Source: a virus (Duplodnaviria > Caudoviricetes). Taken from it: DNA of 55,514 nucleotides. Positions within the stretch are counted from its first letter, which is position 1. Every line of letters starts with the position of its first letter. The notes beneath the pieces were generated by a model, which worked only from the letters and a program-made list of their open reading frames with translations, was not told where the DNA came from and did not search any database. A program made the translations under genes and the position numbers. The DNA is taken from positions 1-55,514 of the IMG/VR virus record IMGVR_UViG_3300036766_001792; one strand, 5' to 3'. Shown piece after piece: positions 54,438 through 55,514 of the stretch.

Positions 54438-55481
54438 CTATATCGGCGTGGTGATGATGACGTGGTCCACGTCCATCGCCCAGACGCTCGGGAAGTACCC
54501 GGTCGGCGGTGGCGGGACGTTGATCTTGCCGCTCCTGATCACGGCCCCCGGATGCGCAGACGTCGCGCCCGTCGAGCATACGATGGTCAGCGTCCCGGAC
54601 GTGCCCTCGGAGAGCTGGAACTGCATCACCACGGAGAACCCGATCGTGGCGCCGCCGGGAGCCGCCGCACCCTGGTTCACCAGCAGGTCGAACAGCTCGA
54701 GGTCGGCCATGTTGGACACGTCGAGCTCGACCTCCAACGTGTAGGCGCGCCTTCCCTCGACGATGTCGTTGGGCACCTGCGTGAGGTTGGTCGGGTCGCC
54801 CGCGGCCTTGCTCAAGTAGTATTTGGCCTCCAGCTGGTTGTCGACGGTCAGGTTGAACCGCTTGACCTTCGCGAGCGTCACGCCGGCCGCCTGTATCGTC
54901 GCGCCGGCGAACAGGAACCTCGGCGCCCCGGACGCCCCCGGATCGGTGCCGAGCATGACTGCTGCGTTGTACTTCGAGACGCCCGAGCGGTTGTGCGCCA
55001 TGTCCTTGAAGATGACGTCGTCCAGGCTGAGCCGCAGCTCCTCGCCCTCGGCCGCCTTGAGCGACGCCCTCCCGACCTTGCCGCCGTAGAACTCGCGGAT
55101 GAACGAGTAGTTCCCCGACGTGTCGCGCATGGCGACCTGCAGCGTCATCGACGGGACGCGCTCGTCGCTCGCCCCGACCCCCTCGAGGACCGTGGTCCCG
55201 GACACGCGCCCGAGCATGAGCGCCAGCAGCGCCTTCAGGTCGGTCGTGGACTGGAGCCGGATGTCTGGCACGCCGCCGCGGAACGCGAGCCGCCCGCGCA
55301 GGATGGTGTCCCGCGACCTTCCGGATGCCACTCCGAAGAACGGGTACCACTCGTTCTCCATGTCCGGTACGGTCACCGCCTCGTGGATCCCGAACCGCTT
55401 GGACGGTTGCGCCCGCGTGCCCCACGTGCCCTCGGTCGAGAACAGCACCAGGCAGTGCTCGGTTCTGTAAATTGTAGTCAT
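54438..55481 (-). CDS. Major tail tube protein
   Basis: EGTWGT start, PSMTLQ, GGKVG.ASL, FNLTVDNQL, EGRRAY; first gene of the tail module. Confidence 0.8.
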   Translation of the reverse strand: MTTIYRTEHCLVLFSTEGTWGTRAQPSKRFGIHEAVTVPDMENEWYPFFGVASGRSRDTILRGRLAFRGGVPDIRLQSTTDLKALLALMLGRVSGTTVLEGVGASDERVPSMTLQVAMRDTSGNYSFIREFYGGKVGRASLKAAEGEELRLSLDDVIFKDMAHNRSGVSKYNAAVMLGTDPGASGAPRFLFAGATIQAAGVTLAKVKRFNLTVDNQLEAKYYLSKAAGDPTNLTQVPNDIVEGRRAYTLEVELDVSNMADLELFDLLVNQGAAAPGGATIGFSVVMQFQLSEGTSGTLTIVCSTGATSAHPGAVIRSGKINVPPPPTGYFPSVWAMDVDHVIITTPI

Positions 55482-55514
55482 CTCTCGTCCCCCCTATGGC
55501 GTCGCGGCCGGGTC

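Noticed and set aside
1-55514. Inteins, introns, tRNAs, integrase, reverse transcriptase/DGR, alternative genetic code
   Set aside because: TerL, DnaB, RecA and PolA are of normal length and uninterrupted; no cloverleaf, RT or recombinase motifs were seen; genes end at all three standard stops.
1-55514. High frequency of TCGA-containing restriction sites as proof of base modification
   Set aside because: Not counted, and explicable by GC-rich codon usage (CTC GAG, GTC GAC).

Overview
A GC-rich tailed dsDNA phage fragment (siphovirus-like; virion or prophage), with essentially all genes on the minus strand. In transcription order (right to left) it carries: (1) a tail module with tail tube, a tail assembly chaperone with a -1 slippery site, a short tape measure, Dit-like and hub-like proteins and a large SLT+M23 protein, interrupted by RNase HII and two free-standing endonucleases; (2) an early/accessory region of small ORFs (DUF932, PC4, SLOG, HEXXH lipoprotein) with repeated promoter elements; (3) replication and recombination genes (MTase, UDG-fused family A polymerase, RNA ligase, DnaB, Vsr, primase, sigma factor, SSB, RecA, Cas4-like nuclease); (4) a nucleotide cluster (all-alpha dUTPase/dCTPase, dNMP kinase-UDG fusion, thymidylate-synthase homologue with the dCMP-type Asp, DUF6899-like, DNPH1/MilB-like hydrolase); (5) packaging genes (TerS, TerL, GroES, zinc-ribbon-containing portal, MuF); and (6) a mixed late block ending in an SLT lysin, a possible holin and a partial GIY-YIG gene. 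No major capsid gene, integrase, tRNA or CRISPR array was recognised. The best leads are a probable cytosine-substitution pathway coupled to deamination repair, and several structured non-coding elements: a twice-repeated leader flanking DUF932, a ~200 nt multi-helix leader before the lysin, and a GGA-loop array. All calls come from reading motifs by eye; no searches were run. Start codons were chosen by RBS and gene abutment.
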